A stretch of 63,726 nucleotides of DNA, filler included, from Choristocarpus tenellus KU-1152 (taxonomy: Eukaryota > Protista > Phaeophyceae): the NCBI GenBank assembly GCA_964200185.2. It is 10 parts of 10 records of this genome, joined end to end, with 100 filler letters (N's around TTAATTAATTAA, not from the genome) between each part and the next. Parts side by side here need not be neighbours in the genome. Positions count along the whole stretch, not along the records: positions 23,919 to 28,534 come from CAXNAD020013781.1; positions 28,635 to 38,309 come from CAXNAD020003482.1; positions 38,410 to 42,954 come from CAXNAD020014064.1; 7 more parts are not named here. The stretch is one strand, 5' to 3'. Shown piece by piece: positions 26,609-38,908 of this stretch. Under the pieces are notes generated by a model. It was not told the origin of the DNA. It did not search any database and was given only the letters and a program-made list of their open reading frames with translations. How positions within the stretch are numbered: position 1 is the stretch's first letter; each line of letters starts with the position of its first letter. The translations under genes and the position numbers were made by a program.

Positions 26609-28476
26609 TTCAAGCTAGCCCATACTCTGAACGTATTTACCTAGCAGCCATCGTTTTGTAGTACTAAAAACATGAGCACAAAGTAAACAAAATAGCGTCT
26701 TAGTATCTCTTCAAGGTGTTGCTACCTCATCCCACCTAAGTAGCAACAAGCAACTCAATTATATATACTACATAGAACTAGTACTTCGAAAGTAAAAGAG
26801 CTTCTTGTGTTATATTACTATTTTCATTGCCACACAAAGAGAGAAACATTTGCTGAAAAACTTCAAACTTCCTTACAGTGGTTGGTGATCGATGATTGCA
26901 GTTTCCACATGGATGGACACAGAGAGACTTCTTTCTTCTTTTAGCAGAAGGGAAGTTTATCATAACATCTTCGTATCAATAGGTGCTCGAGAACACCCTG
27001 ATTTTTTTATGCGCCCCTTTCAAGGGTAAGGCCCCATGATTATGCTCTAGCATGGACACACCATTGTATGTTATGTGTCTATCAACTATTTGTATACTAT
27101 ACGAAGCGTCTTCATTCGAAATGCAAACCATCTATATAGTCGTACTACTATTATTAGTACTCACTCATTTCGGGTGTTAAGCACATTTGTTATTGTGTCG
27201 ATGTCCTTAACTCTTACCAGACAACTATTGGTGATATATGAAGTATAATAACAGGATGTGGTTGTTAACAAGTGTCTGTTTATGAAGTGAAATGTATTAA
27301 TTGCCACAGGATTCCGCCTCCTACTCCATACAATGACACTTCGTATGCAGTCAATATTTTCAGTGTAAATTATTTCTTGAACAAGAGGAGTAAAATGTAA
27401 AATACTTCGGAAGCATGACGTAAAGTTCATTCTAATATCAATTATTTGATGTTGTGGACAGGCGCTTATTTTTTCATTGCTCATCTAGTAGACTAGTTCT
27501 CAAGTATAGTAATAGTAGTAGTGTAGTCTGTGACAGATTGATCAGGTCAAGTTCAATGATTGGAAATATAGGTGAGATCACACCTGAAAAGAGCTCAGAT
27601 ATTCGGTCATTATTTTTAATTCTCATCAGAATATAGAGAGAACCCTAGAAGTATAATTGTTGAATCACTAACCTTTGTTGTACTATTGTAAAGCTGAAGC
27701 AATACAAATCTGTTTTTGCTGTGGTGTTCGTTGTGTGTGTTCTATTGTGTGTATGTATATCTTCTTTCCATCTTCTAGTGCCATCTTAAGAAGTCTGCGA
27801 CTATGAATCGTGTAGAAATGGAAGAGGTGCATATTGAAATCACAATAAACCATCTTCACCGTTCACAGTCCACCCCTCAGACACATGTTCTCCAGTCGTC
27901 CTTGAGAAAAACATGTGCAATAGTCTGTCAGAGATATTTAGAAAAATATTGCTCTTTTCCGGCAATGAAAAGAAGAACAGAAAAGAGTTCAAGTCATTTC
28001 ATCCCTCAGAAACGGCTTCTAGCCGGGCAAGAGGCCTTCTGCGTCGTGGTGCACTATTCCGTGTTCCACACGCCTCGCCTCATGCACCAACGACTAAATT
28101 GAATTATCAGAACTTGCTTGCTGATTTACTTCTAAACGAGAATTCTTTCGGTTCACAACAATATAGTAGTCAGGGTCTAGACCTACCTTAACTCGGACAC
28201 CCCTACCTTTGGTGCTGCTACTAATGCGTTGTTTCTACTGTTGTCCTTGTTCAATAGAGTACAACGTGTCACACCCAACCATATTAAGTGTTAGGTAATT
28301 CTTGTAGTTTCCTGGCAAAATAGCACTCTCCTCACTCTGGATGGAAATCACCACCAATAGTATATTGGAGTTTAGTCAACGGTATCATTCTCTTACCACC
28401 CTGACGTGATCTAAATTAGGAGTGGTTATCGAGGAATCCAGAAGTAAGAGTGCCAAGTCATTTCAAGGCATGTTTT

Positions 28477-28534
28477 GGCTCAAAATATCTGGGGGGGTGG
28501 TGGCTGTCCATTTGGGGTCAATTTTTTCATGTCA
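28477..28534 (-). mobile_element. Poly-G MITE type A, end fragment truncated by contig break
   Basis: GGCTCAAAATATCTGGGGGGGTGGTGGCTGTCCATTTGGGGTC. Confidence 0.8.
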
Positions 28535-28634
28535 NNNNNNNNNNNNNNNNNNNNNNNNNNNNNNNNNNNNNNNNNNNNTTAATTAATTAANNNNNNNNNN
28601 NNNNNNNNNNNNNNNNNNNNNNNNNNNNNNNNNN

Positions 28635-28652
28635 GTGGTGTGGTGGGGGGGG

Positions 28653-28688
<36 letters not shown>

Positions 28689-28846
28689 GCTGTCCATTTG
28701 GGGTCCATTTTTCCATGTCGAATTTTTTGGGTTATTTGGTTGCATGCGTCAGATGGATAATGTAAGTGCACTTTTCTTGGTCAGGCCCCAATGGAAACCT
28801 GGTGTAGACCCCCCCCCTCCCCCCCCCTCCCCAGATACTTTGAGCC
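28635..28846 (-). mobile_element. Poly-G MITE type A copy at contig start
   Basis: polyG-TGCTGTCCATTTGGGGTCC...TGGATAATGTAAGTGCAC...GGTGTAGACCCC...CCAGATACTTTGAGCC. Confidence 0.85.
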
Positions 28847-29410
28847 TCCCATAACTCATCATATGCTATTAACACTGAAATGGGCTAAGAGAACCACCAG
28901 AGGGCCTTCTTCCTCTTTTTTGGAGCAAAGCGTGAACACAGGTTTAACCAATGACAAAGGTCCCCTATTCCAACAACAAAAAAAAATGGTAGAAAGCACA
29001 TCCTTTACGCTTGCAATCTCTCACCAGTCCTTCATCACTCATCCTCAACTCACATTCTTTTATATATATATTTTAAATGGTGGTCTATTTACATTTTTTT
29101 TCAAAATGATGGTCGAAGGCTATCGCAAGGAAAATTCTTCTATCTGCAGCACGGTGATGGTTGCAACCGCCAGTAACAAAAAAGAGGTGTTTTTTTCCCA
29201 CTACTTATTTATTACTCCTTTTTTTTCGGGTTGGTAGCTGGCAATAATGGATGGATGGATGGATGGATGGATTGCATATTATTATTATTAAGATGCCAAT
29301 GTACACAGAAAAAAAATGTATCTGGCGAATTGCCAATGCCATTGAGACAAACCTTTCGTGGTCCGTCTATTCACCTTGCTAAGGCGATGCCACAAAAGTA
29401 TGTGTGTATA

Positions 29411-29412
<2 letters not shown>

Positions 29413-29468
<56 letters not shown>

Positions 29469-29478
29469 TGAGAGAGAC
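29413..29478. repeat. Compound microsatellite (GT)n(GA)n
   Basis: Read directly. Confidence 0.95.
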
Positions 29479-30046
29479 TATGCTGCACATTGGCCTTCAA
29501 CCAAATTTGACTGAAAAAAGTCCATGCACATCAACTAGACCGCAGAACGCCTCCAGGAAATTCCCCCCCCAAAGCGCATGCAATCTTAGCAACAACATCT
29601 TTCAAATCGCGCCACTTCTGAGACACTAGAGTCTCAAAGACGCCACCGACCTATTCGAGGCAAAGCCATGCCCCCCCCCCTCTAACACATAGGACCGTGA
29701 CTACCTCCACTCCCAAAATCAGTACCATTCAGTGTCAGCATCGATTGCTCGTGTGCAGAGATCTCAGTATGACTCTCCATTGGTCACTCCTCAACAACAT
29801 ATGGCAACACTTGGGTTCAGATTGTGTTGCCTGGACAATCTTTGGTCGGGTAACACACACCGGCTCTAACTCTAAAACTAACATTCAGGGACCACTCTGT
29901 CATGGCCCATTCCCAGCGACTCTTGCCCCCTACTACTTTTCCCCAATGGTCCCCCCCAACCCCCCCTCCCCATTTCCAATCCACGGAGACGTTGGGATCG
30001 GTAAGGGGTGGGAGGCTGCCCTTGTGTTTTTTGAAGTCTGCGAACT

Positions 30047-31910
30047 CTACCATATACAGCACCCTTCTAAGACTGTGCATTTTTCTGATCCGCCCTCACT
30101 CTTCTTTTTTTTTCCTGGTGAAATATACACAGTGCATTCTTACCAGAGTCATACGACAAGAATACAGTAAGTGGAAAAAGAAATACGAAACTGCTGGGCA
30201 GGTAAAATAAATAAATAACAAGAATTGGCAGTACTTTCTCACCGTCTTGAGTTGCTATCGAAACATACTACCCTAACCCTAACCGTTAACACCACACATA
30301 GTGCTCGAAACGAACGCCGATATCATCAACTCAGGTAAAAAGATTTTTGGAAAAAAATTGAAGAGAACAAATATCTCACACAGACCTCGTCGATCCCCCC
30401 CCCCCTTTAACCACTGTATTTTCCTAGACACAGTCTCCCTCCCATCCAGCAAAAGTCATTGTGCCCACCTTCCCACTTTCACCCCCCTATACCTCTCTTA
30501 CCTAGCAATTTTGCCATGGCATTTCTATCATACTCCTGCAGTTCCACCTTCATTAGCTCCCCAGGGGTTCGTCCATCCTTTGTCTTCTTGCTCACATCTG
30601 CCCCAGCATCCACAAGCAGCCGAACAACATCCACCCTTCCCCATCGGCAGGCTAGGTGCAATGGTGTCCTTTGAGCAGCAACAGCAACAACATTAAGGAT
30701 GTCATGATCAAACGAGCATGGCGGTAAAAGGCGGTCGGTGGAGGTCTGTGTGGCGATCAACCTGTTGTTAAGGGCAATCGTGTAATAAAAAACGTTTTGA
30801 AAACAAGTGCAACACAACACGTGCAGAAAATGCATGGGGGGGGAAGAGGAAAGGCTCAGGTTTCGGTGCGATGTTCGATTTATGGCGGTCCTCATCTGCA
30901 CCAAATAATTTCATTCTGACTCCCCAAAGAGGCCAATCTCTTGTGCACACTTCCACCATGGCGCACTACACGTGTGGAACATGAGGTTCGATTTGGGCAT
31001 TTGTGGCAGCTTTTTTTAGAAAAAGAAAAGCTGCACGTGTCATGAGAGGCACACTATGACAAGATTACGTTCTCTTGTCCAACCCCGCAACTGAGAAGTC
31101 CTGCTGTTCCTATTATGCCACTTCCATGATCCTCACCGCAATTTGTCATTGTACAAATGTTCTACGGCAAGTTACCAAGTCAAACACTCGGAAAATATCG
31201 ATGTAGTCTTCATTAGTGCTGTTACCAAACTACTCCCAAGGTTGAACCTTTTCTATCAACGTTTGCACGTATACGAGACGCTAAAGGAGGGGCTATGGGA
31301 AGAAGAGATACATCGTAGAGAGCGCAATCTAATCTTCTTACGGGTCGACCAAAGGTCGATAAAACCCCACAGCAACCCCCCCTCAGGTCTCACCAGCCAT
31401 CTTTGGCCACAGCATCCACTACTGCCCCCTGTTGCAGAAGGTACTGTGTGATGGTAGTGTAGCCCATGGAAGCCGCACGATGCAAGGCAGTGTTATCGTA
31501 AAAGTCCCTCTTCATCACATTACCCCCACGCCTGATGTACGACTTGATGCCGTTAATGTCGCCCACCTTCTCGGCAGGAAGTAAACCGTGATTCGAACAG
31601 TCGTTAAGGTAGGGATGGCGATCGAGCGGCCAAGTGTGAAAGTCGTTATGCCCTGAGAGACATGGGTTAGGGACCTAGTACACCACATGAGTAAGTTGAA
31701 AGGAAATACAAAATCTCATTTCCCTGCTCCAATTCAAAGACTTCCCTTCTACAACTTAGTAGGACGAGGAGTGGCTTGGGAAGAGAGGTTGGGACTTTCT
31801 GCGCCTGTTCTAAGAACTGCTCTTTCACTCAAGTTACTGAAGAGTTGGCAATTTCCCGACTTTCGCACCTCCGCATACTCGTGCAAACTCATGTCCAGCA
31901 TGTTTCCCAT
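30047..31910 (-). CDS. Small ankyrin-repeat protein (~185 aa; exons 31910-31869, 31674-31394, 30668-30502, 30114-30047)
   Basis: In-phase GT-AG exons. Ankyrin repeats: NTALHRAASMGYTTITQYLLQQGAVVDAVAKDGW and TPLHLACRWGRVDVVRLLVDAGADVSKKTKDGRTP. The terminal exons are less certain than the two central ones. Confidence 0.8.
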
Positions 31911-32418
31911 TTTGACTTGATTTCCCCGCTGACCGGTTGACCCTTCCTGATTCACACAGATGAGCCCCCTGCAGTTCCTTCGCTTCCAGATTTTTTAGAT
32001 GTCAAGGTTATCCTCCCGATCAACAGTTAACTCCAACACCCAAACTTTTGATCCCACAAAAGTGGTTCCCTTCCAGTCTTGCACCGTTGGCCAACCATAT
32101 ACAATAACCAACCACAATGGCAAAATACCTACCTGCACTCAATGCGGGCGTTGGTCGACTGTTTGTTAACTTCACTCTCTACCTTATTTCAACCTCACTG
32201 TCGGGGTTTCGTTGTTGTTCCACGTTAGAATGTGATACAGTACATCAAGAAAGACTACTACAAATATTTTAAGAGTTCAAGAAGTGGTTGCACTCTTTAA
32301 AAATCGTTCAACACATACTACAATTTCCTGTAAGACATAAATCACTTTGGGTCGTCGTTGAGGACGAAGAGGAGTGCTTCGTGCCAGGATAGGAAAACAT
32401 AGCTGCGGTGGGACCACC

Positions 32419-35400
32419 ATGAGGGGATGGGATTCGATGATGCTGTTGGTCGGGCTTCCGCTTTGTCATTTGGTGACCACGACCTCTGCTACACAAAGCG
32501 CAAACCCTCCAGTGCATGTATCCTCCCAACTCGCCTTTCTAAACGTAGCCCCCTTTTCCCACGGGTCTACCAGCTCCAGGAGCTGTTCTACTTGCCGAGA
32601 ACATCGAAAAGTTTCCCAAGTGATGCCCGCTAGTGCAATGGAGGGAGTGGAAGAAGACATGATCTCTCGTAAGGATTTAGCAGGGCAGGCTGCAGTTGCC
32701 TTGGCAGCTCTCCTTGCATCACCCTCAATTGCCGCATCTACTGATAACAGAACAGTCCTACTAACGGGTGCAAGTAGTGGCATTGGACTCGATGCAGCTA
32801 AGAAGCTGGTGAGTGTCATGTGGCCGGCCTATCATGCTATCGTTGCTCCCATCCCAATCTTCACCCTGCGACTTGGGAGCTTGTAGAGTCGGATTTATCC
32901 TCTGTCACTTGAAATTTTGTTCTTGCATCAGGATTGCAATAACCTCGCGATTGCACTTTGTGTGTGCTTTCAGTGAATTGAGTAGTGCTGGGTGTTGGCG
33001 CACACGATTCTCGGCTTCTCACCAAACTTTAATCTTGGTGTAGTACAACGCCTCTTGGCTGTATGGTCACGGCCGTGGGAGCTGTGGCCTGTTAGAGTTC
33101 TTATGATATGGGTTGATTCCATCCTCGACTGTTGAGACGTCGCTCTTGGAGCGTCTCTTGGTTGTGCTATGTCCCTTTTAAGTGTTGGGTGATTGCCATT
33201 GCTCGCCATTTTCGAGGTTCATTGGGCATTACAGCAACTCTTTAATTCCTTTTTCTATTTAACTACCGCTCTGGTGTCTGGAAGAGCCTAAACTGAGCAA
33301 GAGGGATGATTTCGAAAGTCGTCACGTTTGAGCTGTAAGGATAGCATTCGCTTGACGTCCGGGATGGCCTTGTTTACACTCATTGGTGACATGTCTCCTT
33401 GAGGGTCTACAATACATACTCGCATAGTACGTTCTCTATGAAAGGAATCGTGATTATAGCAGGTTCCACATTTATATACTTGGATAGTACAGTCTCTAGA
33501 AAAGGAATCGTGGTTGTAGCAGGTTCCACATTTATCCACTACTACTATTTCTCCAATAGTTGGCCCATTTTGGAGCGTGGCATATTTGGAGGGTACATTC
33601 TCTGTGAAAGGAATCGTAGTTCTAGTTGGTGACACATTTATGTACCGATGTTCGTTTCTTTATCTAGTTGGTCCATGTAGGACACTGCAGACTTGATGCA
33701 TTCCCCATGTGTGTCATGGACATTACAACCCAATCAAACCTAACGGGAGGGCACTTGCAGACATTCTCATCAGCTTTGAAATCAATATTTAGTGAACTCC
33801 AAGGAAACTCATCAAGAGACACCTAATTCTGTTCCGCTGCCCAGACAACCCCACAAGTACTCATTGTTGACCTTTAATGAGCCTTTGCTCTAAATTATTA
33901 ATGGCAAGAGAGGAGAAGGTGTGGGTCTCACTGAAAGCAGTGTACCATTGTGCTCCCCGCATCAGCGTCATAGATACGGGTCAGGGTGCTCTTTGAGTCT
34001 CTTTTGCTCTGGGTGCTAGTGTTGAATCACCAACAATTGAACCATGCCGTTGCTCAGTATCGCTTCAAAGTTCACATCGATTGCAATGAAGTGTATTTGG
34101 AAGCACGGACACACAGGTACAAAATTTCTGCTTGATGACAGGTATTTTTGCAATCGAAAGTGTAACCGCCATCGCTGTCATGACCATTGTAGAGAGGTTC
34201 TGTGCTGCAGCATAGTGCCAAGAACTATCCACCCTCCCTTGTGGTTCTTATCCTCTTGAGATGTCTAGAGTTGTCGACTCCTCTGATAACCTCAAATAGC
34301 CACTCTGCAAGGCAACGCCTTATCAATTTTTGGGCAGTCTTGGACCTGTTTGGAGCATGTGTTGGCACGAACGAAAGCTGGAAATCTGATCGATCGGTAC
34401 GCCTAGAAAGTAATACCAACTCCACGGATTCCCAGGCCTATGTGCTGGAGACCATTCCTTGCAGTGCTCCCAATCACTCCAGTCAGAATACTACCCGTTC
34501 TGCTAGTGGTAGTACGTACATCGGAGGGTGTAGAGCACTGCCCAAACTGTTCTTATATATGTATGTATGTTCTTATATTGATTGTTTAGTCTTGTTGCTC
34601 CAAAGGGTCTCTCCCCTTTTTTGAACATGACGTGTATGACCTCCTACGGACTTGTGCATCCACCCCTCTACATCACTTGAAATTGAAGGTGGACCTGGGG
34701 CACGATGTCCATTTGGTATGCCGGACAGAAGCAAAGGCCAAAGAGGCAGTTGCAGCAACAGGGGCTACAGGAGGGTATGCATGTGACCTATCCTCGTTGA
34801 AGAGTGTGAGGGCATTTGTCAAGACCTGGGGAGGGAAGCCCATCGACTCTCTCTGTCTCAATGCAGGTGTGTCACTCTTTGAGGGAGTTGTAGGGGAGTT
34901 CCTTGATCTGACATGGCGGTTTTGATTGTCCGAACACCCTCCCTCCCCCTTCCACCCTCAAGCAACCCCCTCCCCACCACCAAAGCGAAGGTGCTTGTGT
35001 AAGAAACAGATTTTTTTTGTCACCTTGAATGCTGTTGCAATGAAGAGTAAACGCCTTCCATCAATCAAGGGTGTTTGTTGCCTTGTTGTGGTCTACTGCA
35101 CTACAGTGTAGCTTGTACCTATTCTCTATTTTAGTACTTTCATATGCCTGTTACGAAATCATTGAATCATTGTCTACCGTAACAGAGGGGAATTTTTTTA
35201 TTGTGGATACGTTTATTCAGTCTTATTACCTCCCCCCTCCCCTCTCCCTCCCTCTCTCCCCTACCCCCTTCAAAACACACTATTAAAAACGTTCTTGGTT
35301 GTTTGTTGCTGTGTTCAATTTGTTGCTGATTGCTTATCCACTGTGAGAACAAACAGACAAGCAAAGGTCCCTCTTGACCCTCTCGAAAGGTGCTAACACA

Positions 35401-36730
35401 GAACAGTTATTTCTCCCCCATGTCTCTGCCCATTCTTGTCTCCCTTCAATGCTGGAAAGGCGTGAAACCAACCAAAATGGGAACTGTTGAATACACCCAG
35501 GATGGCTTTGAGCTCACTGTGGGTACCAACCACTTCGGGCACTTTTTGTTGGCCAACTTGATGATCAAGGCACGATATGAGGACCCCCCTCTAGAAAAAA
35601 AAAAAGGTCACTACTTTTCTGACATTTGATGTTATTCTAGAAGCGAGAAAGTCTGTTAACACTTTTTGAGATACTTACGTTAATCTTTTTCCAACTTAAG
35701 ACTCCGGGACACCAATTCCAAGTTTGTATGTAGCGCTATGAAAGTCTGCAACAAAAGCCCCCATCCTAGTCTTGATCTTATTCTATCTTCAAGATCAAGG
35801 TCGACTGATGAACGATCACATGAAATTATCATCTGCTTATTACTATCGATAAAGACATTAAGAGTAATTAAAAAAAAAATGTTCTTGAGTGCCTTCTTTT
35901 CCACAGATAAATTGAACATCATCGCTCCATTTTTCTTCTTTTTTTGTGGACTGCCGTGATGGATATGGATGGGTTTGTCTGTTAGCCTGTCAAGAGTTAG
36001 AGTTAGGGCTTGGGACGGTTCCTTTTTTAGGCGGCGTGGGATTGCAGGCTGACAACGATGGGGACGCTGACGCAGAACGCCATCGATCTCACTAGAGTAC
36101 CAGTCACGGCTGGAAGTAGTGACAACAATAGGATCGGAGTGGTTGTGTGTGTTAACGCTCATGTGTTGCTTTTGGTTTGGAGTTTTACTAGTATACATGT
36201 GGATAGGTGTCCTCATGCGCATGTGTGTGTTTGTTTGTTTGTTTGTGCTATTATGTTATTCTAGCAGTTTCAAAATGATGCAAGGGTTAGGGTCAAGGCT
36301 CAGCTTGTGGCGGTAGTGAATGTCCTTCGACTGCTCTTTGCCAATAGTGTGGCTACTGGAGTGTGTACCTGCACAACTTGTGATCGCATCTCTCGGCAAG
36401 AGCAAGCGAAGATACGTAAATGTTCATCCCAAAAAAAATAAAAATCTGCGGTAGTGCTCAGTGCAAGCAATACAAATTTTTATTTGGAAAAAGAAAGTAC
36501 CCGTAAGATAGCGTTCATAACTTATGTTTTTTTATTTCCATAGCCACTATTATGTCCTTCATTTGCACTGGTGACAATCACCCTCTCTCAAACAAAGAAC
36601 CTCTCCCCATCCCTCAACTTGCCGCTTTTTTCAGTCGCTTGAAAGTGGGGCGCTCAATCATCCGCGACTTGTGGTTACAGCCAGTAGCGTTCATGACCCT
36701 GACACTCCAGGAGGGGACGTGGGTTCGAAG
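32419..36730 (+). CDS. Plastid-targeted short-chain dehydrogenase/reductase, protochlorophyllide-reductase (POR)-like; 3' end missing (exons 32419-32808, 34689-34866, 35460-35569, 36635-36730)
   Basis: [12 protein letters not shown] (Rossmann fold), [58 protein letters not shown]; N-terminal hydrophobic signal followed by an AF motif. Confidence 0.85.
33424..33650. repeat. Three degenerate ~55-60 nt repeats in SDR intron 1
   Basis: Core GTAC..TCTCT..(G)AAAGGAATCGT..TT.TAG...G...CACATTTAT at ~33424, ~33484 and ~33591. Confidence 0.8.
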
Positions 36731-38589
36731 GTACATACATTCCACTAGTACTAACCTTCCCAACTCTTGATCTAGTGAAGTCTTTTCAAATGTTCCAAAA
36801 CACCAATTTCTCTTCTTTTAAGAAGAAAAATACACGAGGAGGCTGTAGGGTGAGGAATTTTCAGGGAGGTTTCTTATCAAGAGGCGAACAAACATTTTTT
36901 TTATTTTTAGGAGTCGTTCGATCTTGATGTGATGTGATGTGATGTGATGTGATGTCGATGTGATGTGAATCAAACAATCTTGGTTGGTTGATCTTTGTCC
37001 TCTTCTTTTTTTTCTTATTCTTTCATACATACATATTTTTTAAAGCCGATAGTGTAGTCCTCTTCCTAGATACCCAACTTCCTGCAGAGAGAGAGAGAAA
37101 GTAAAAAAAAAAAGCTCTTTTTTTTGCTCATTCTATGCCAAAAATTTTGTTTTTTACTTCATTTTATGTATGCCCTCCGAAGTAAAAGATATATACTTGA
37201 TAGCCAAATTGTGATTGGCTCATTGTCCACCGCTTAAGAAAACACGAGTGCTCATAATAGACAGTAGAGTGCTGCCAATCAAAAGCTTTCGAAGCAAACA
37301 TTAAATAAGTAAAAAAAAATTAAAAAAACAACAAACAAACGTTCGATAAAAATATATATATATATATATATAATACATAGAGAGAGAGATTTTTCATTTT
37401 TTTTATTATTAATTTGCGATTGAATTGAACCGTAGTAGCGATCGAATCTAAATTGAATCTAAGGTTAGGGTTAGGGTTAGTAGGGTTAATCAAATCTAAA
37501 TCGAATCTAAGATAAACAAAAAAAAAAGATTAATCTACGATTGCACCACAACTCAACGCTCCTTAGCATTGTACTGATTGTAACTGTAACTGTAACTGAA
37601 GTACACGATAAAAATAAAAAAAGGTAACTGTCCGGGGGGATAGGCGTTAGGTAGGGTTAGGGTTAGCGAAATGATCACCACCATCATCTTGATCCAGGAA
37701 AATCGGTCCCGGGGACTGAATTGGATGAAATGTCGGAGAGGAAATGGTGCTGAGCATTAGATTAGCCCTGACAATGGACAGTGTGTGCGAGAGCATTAGG
37801 GTTAGGGTTAACATTGACCCTCGCAGACCGCGGACATCGAATGCTCAGGATGTCAATTGAACACAATACGGTGGATCGTTCCGGGACTGTTCCTAGTGTG
37901 GATCACTGTTAGGTTTTCGGAGGCGTGTTTTCTTACGCTTGTGGTTGGATAGGTGCAAGATTTGTGCTGCAGCTGTTCTGATGAGTGACGTCGGGGGAGG
38001 GGGGGGGGAGGGGGGAGGGTGGGGGGTTGTGTCTTGCTTGTGCCTTTCATGGCCGGAAGATTGTGGACTGTTTAGGGTTAGGGTTGAGGTCAATGATGGT
38101 TTGACTCGTGCTACTTGCTCCGAAATACTCTGGAGTAGGAATCTGGAAAACACATCAAATTTTACGCTATTAATATCTTGTAAGTGCCAGCTAGACCCCC
38201 CCCGCCTCTCCCTCCTTCCTTTTTTTTTTTGTATCGAAAATGTTGACAGTCATCCACGCACACAAGGAAAAAAATTGAGCCAGTTTTAAAAAGCCCCTTT
38301 GTTCGTGAANNNNNNNNNNNNNNNNNNNNNNNNNNNNNNNNNNNNNNNNNNNNTTAATTAATTAANNNNNNNNNNNNNNNNNNNNNNNNNNNNNNNNNNN
38401 NNNNNNNNNGGTGATGTGACGGACAGGTCTCGTTGGGAGCTAATCTCAGTCCAGTCCATACCCGCATGCACACGCAAGTGTATCGCATGCACATTTCTTT
38501 TATCATTGGTTGCGTTCCTATCAGCATCAAGAACAGAGAAATCCTAACAATTCTCAATCTGCCAGCCGTTGACGTTCACAGGGACATGA

Positions 38590-38690
38590 TGTCACCCATT
38601 GGATCCAAGGTTCCATTCAAGCTTTGCGTAACATTTGATGGTTGAGAGAGCTTTGGGTTTGCTGAAAGCACCTACGGTGACACAACCGGT
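38590..38690 (-). CDS. Possible terminal exon of an unidentified gene (VLSANPKLSQPSNVTQSLNGTLDPMGDIMSL*); coordinates approximate
   Basis: Acceptor ccgtag|GTG followed by a short open frame to TGA; no recognisable homology. Confidence 0.25.
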
Positions 38691-38908
38691 GATTCTGAAC
38701 ACCCCCCACGACTGATTGGACCCTGCCTCACGGCAGAGGGCATAATAGTGTATATATATTGAGGAATAGTAAATAGATTTTGGAGAGGTAACTTTCACAT
38801 TTATCACAACTGCTACTTTTACAAGGGTCCTTATGATGTTGAATTGACATTTTCCCTGACACATCTGGAAAATGTCAAAGGGCATAATAATATATATGAA
38901 AGATTTCG

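Noticed and set aside
33424-33650. Repeat-spacer pattern as a CRISPR-like array
   Set aside because: Three degenerate units, unequal spacing, inside a eukaryotic intron, and no cas genes.
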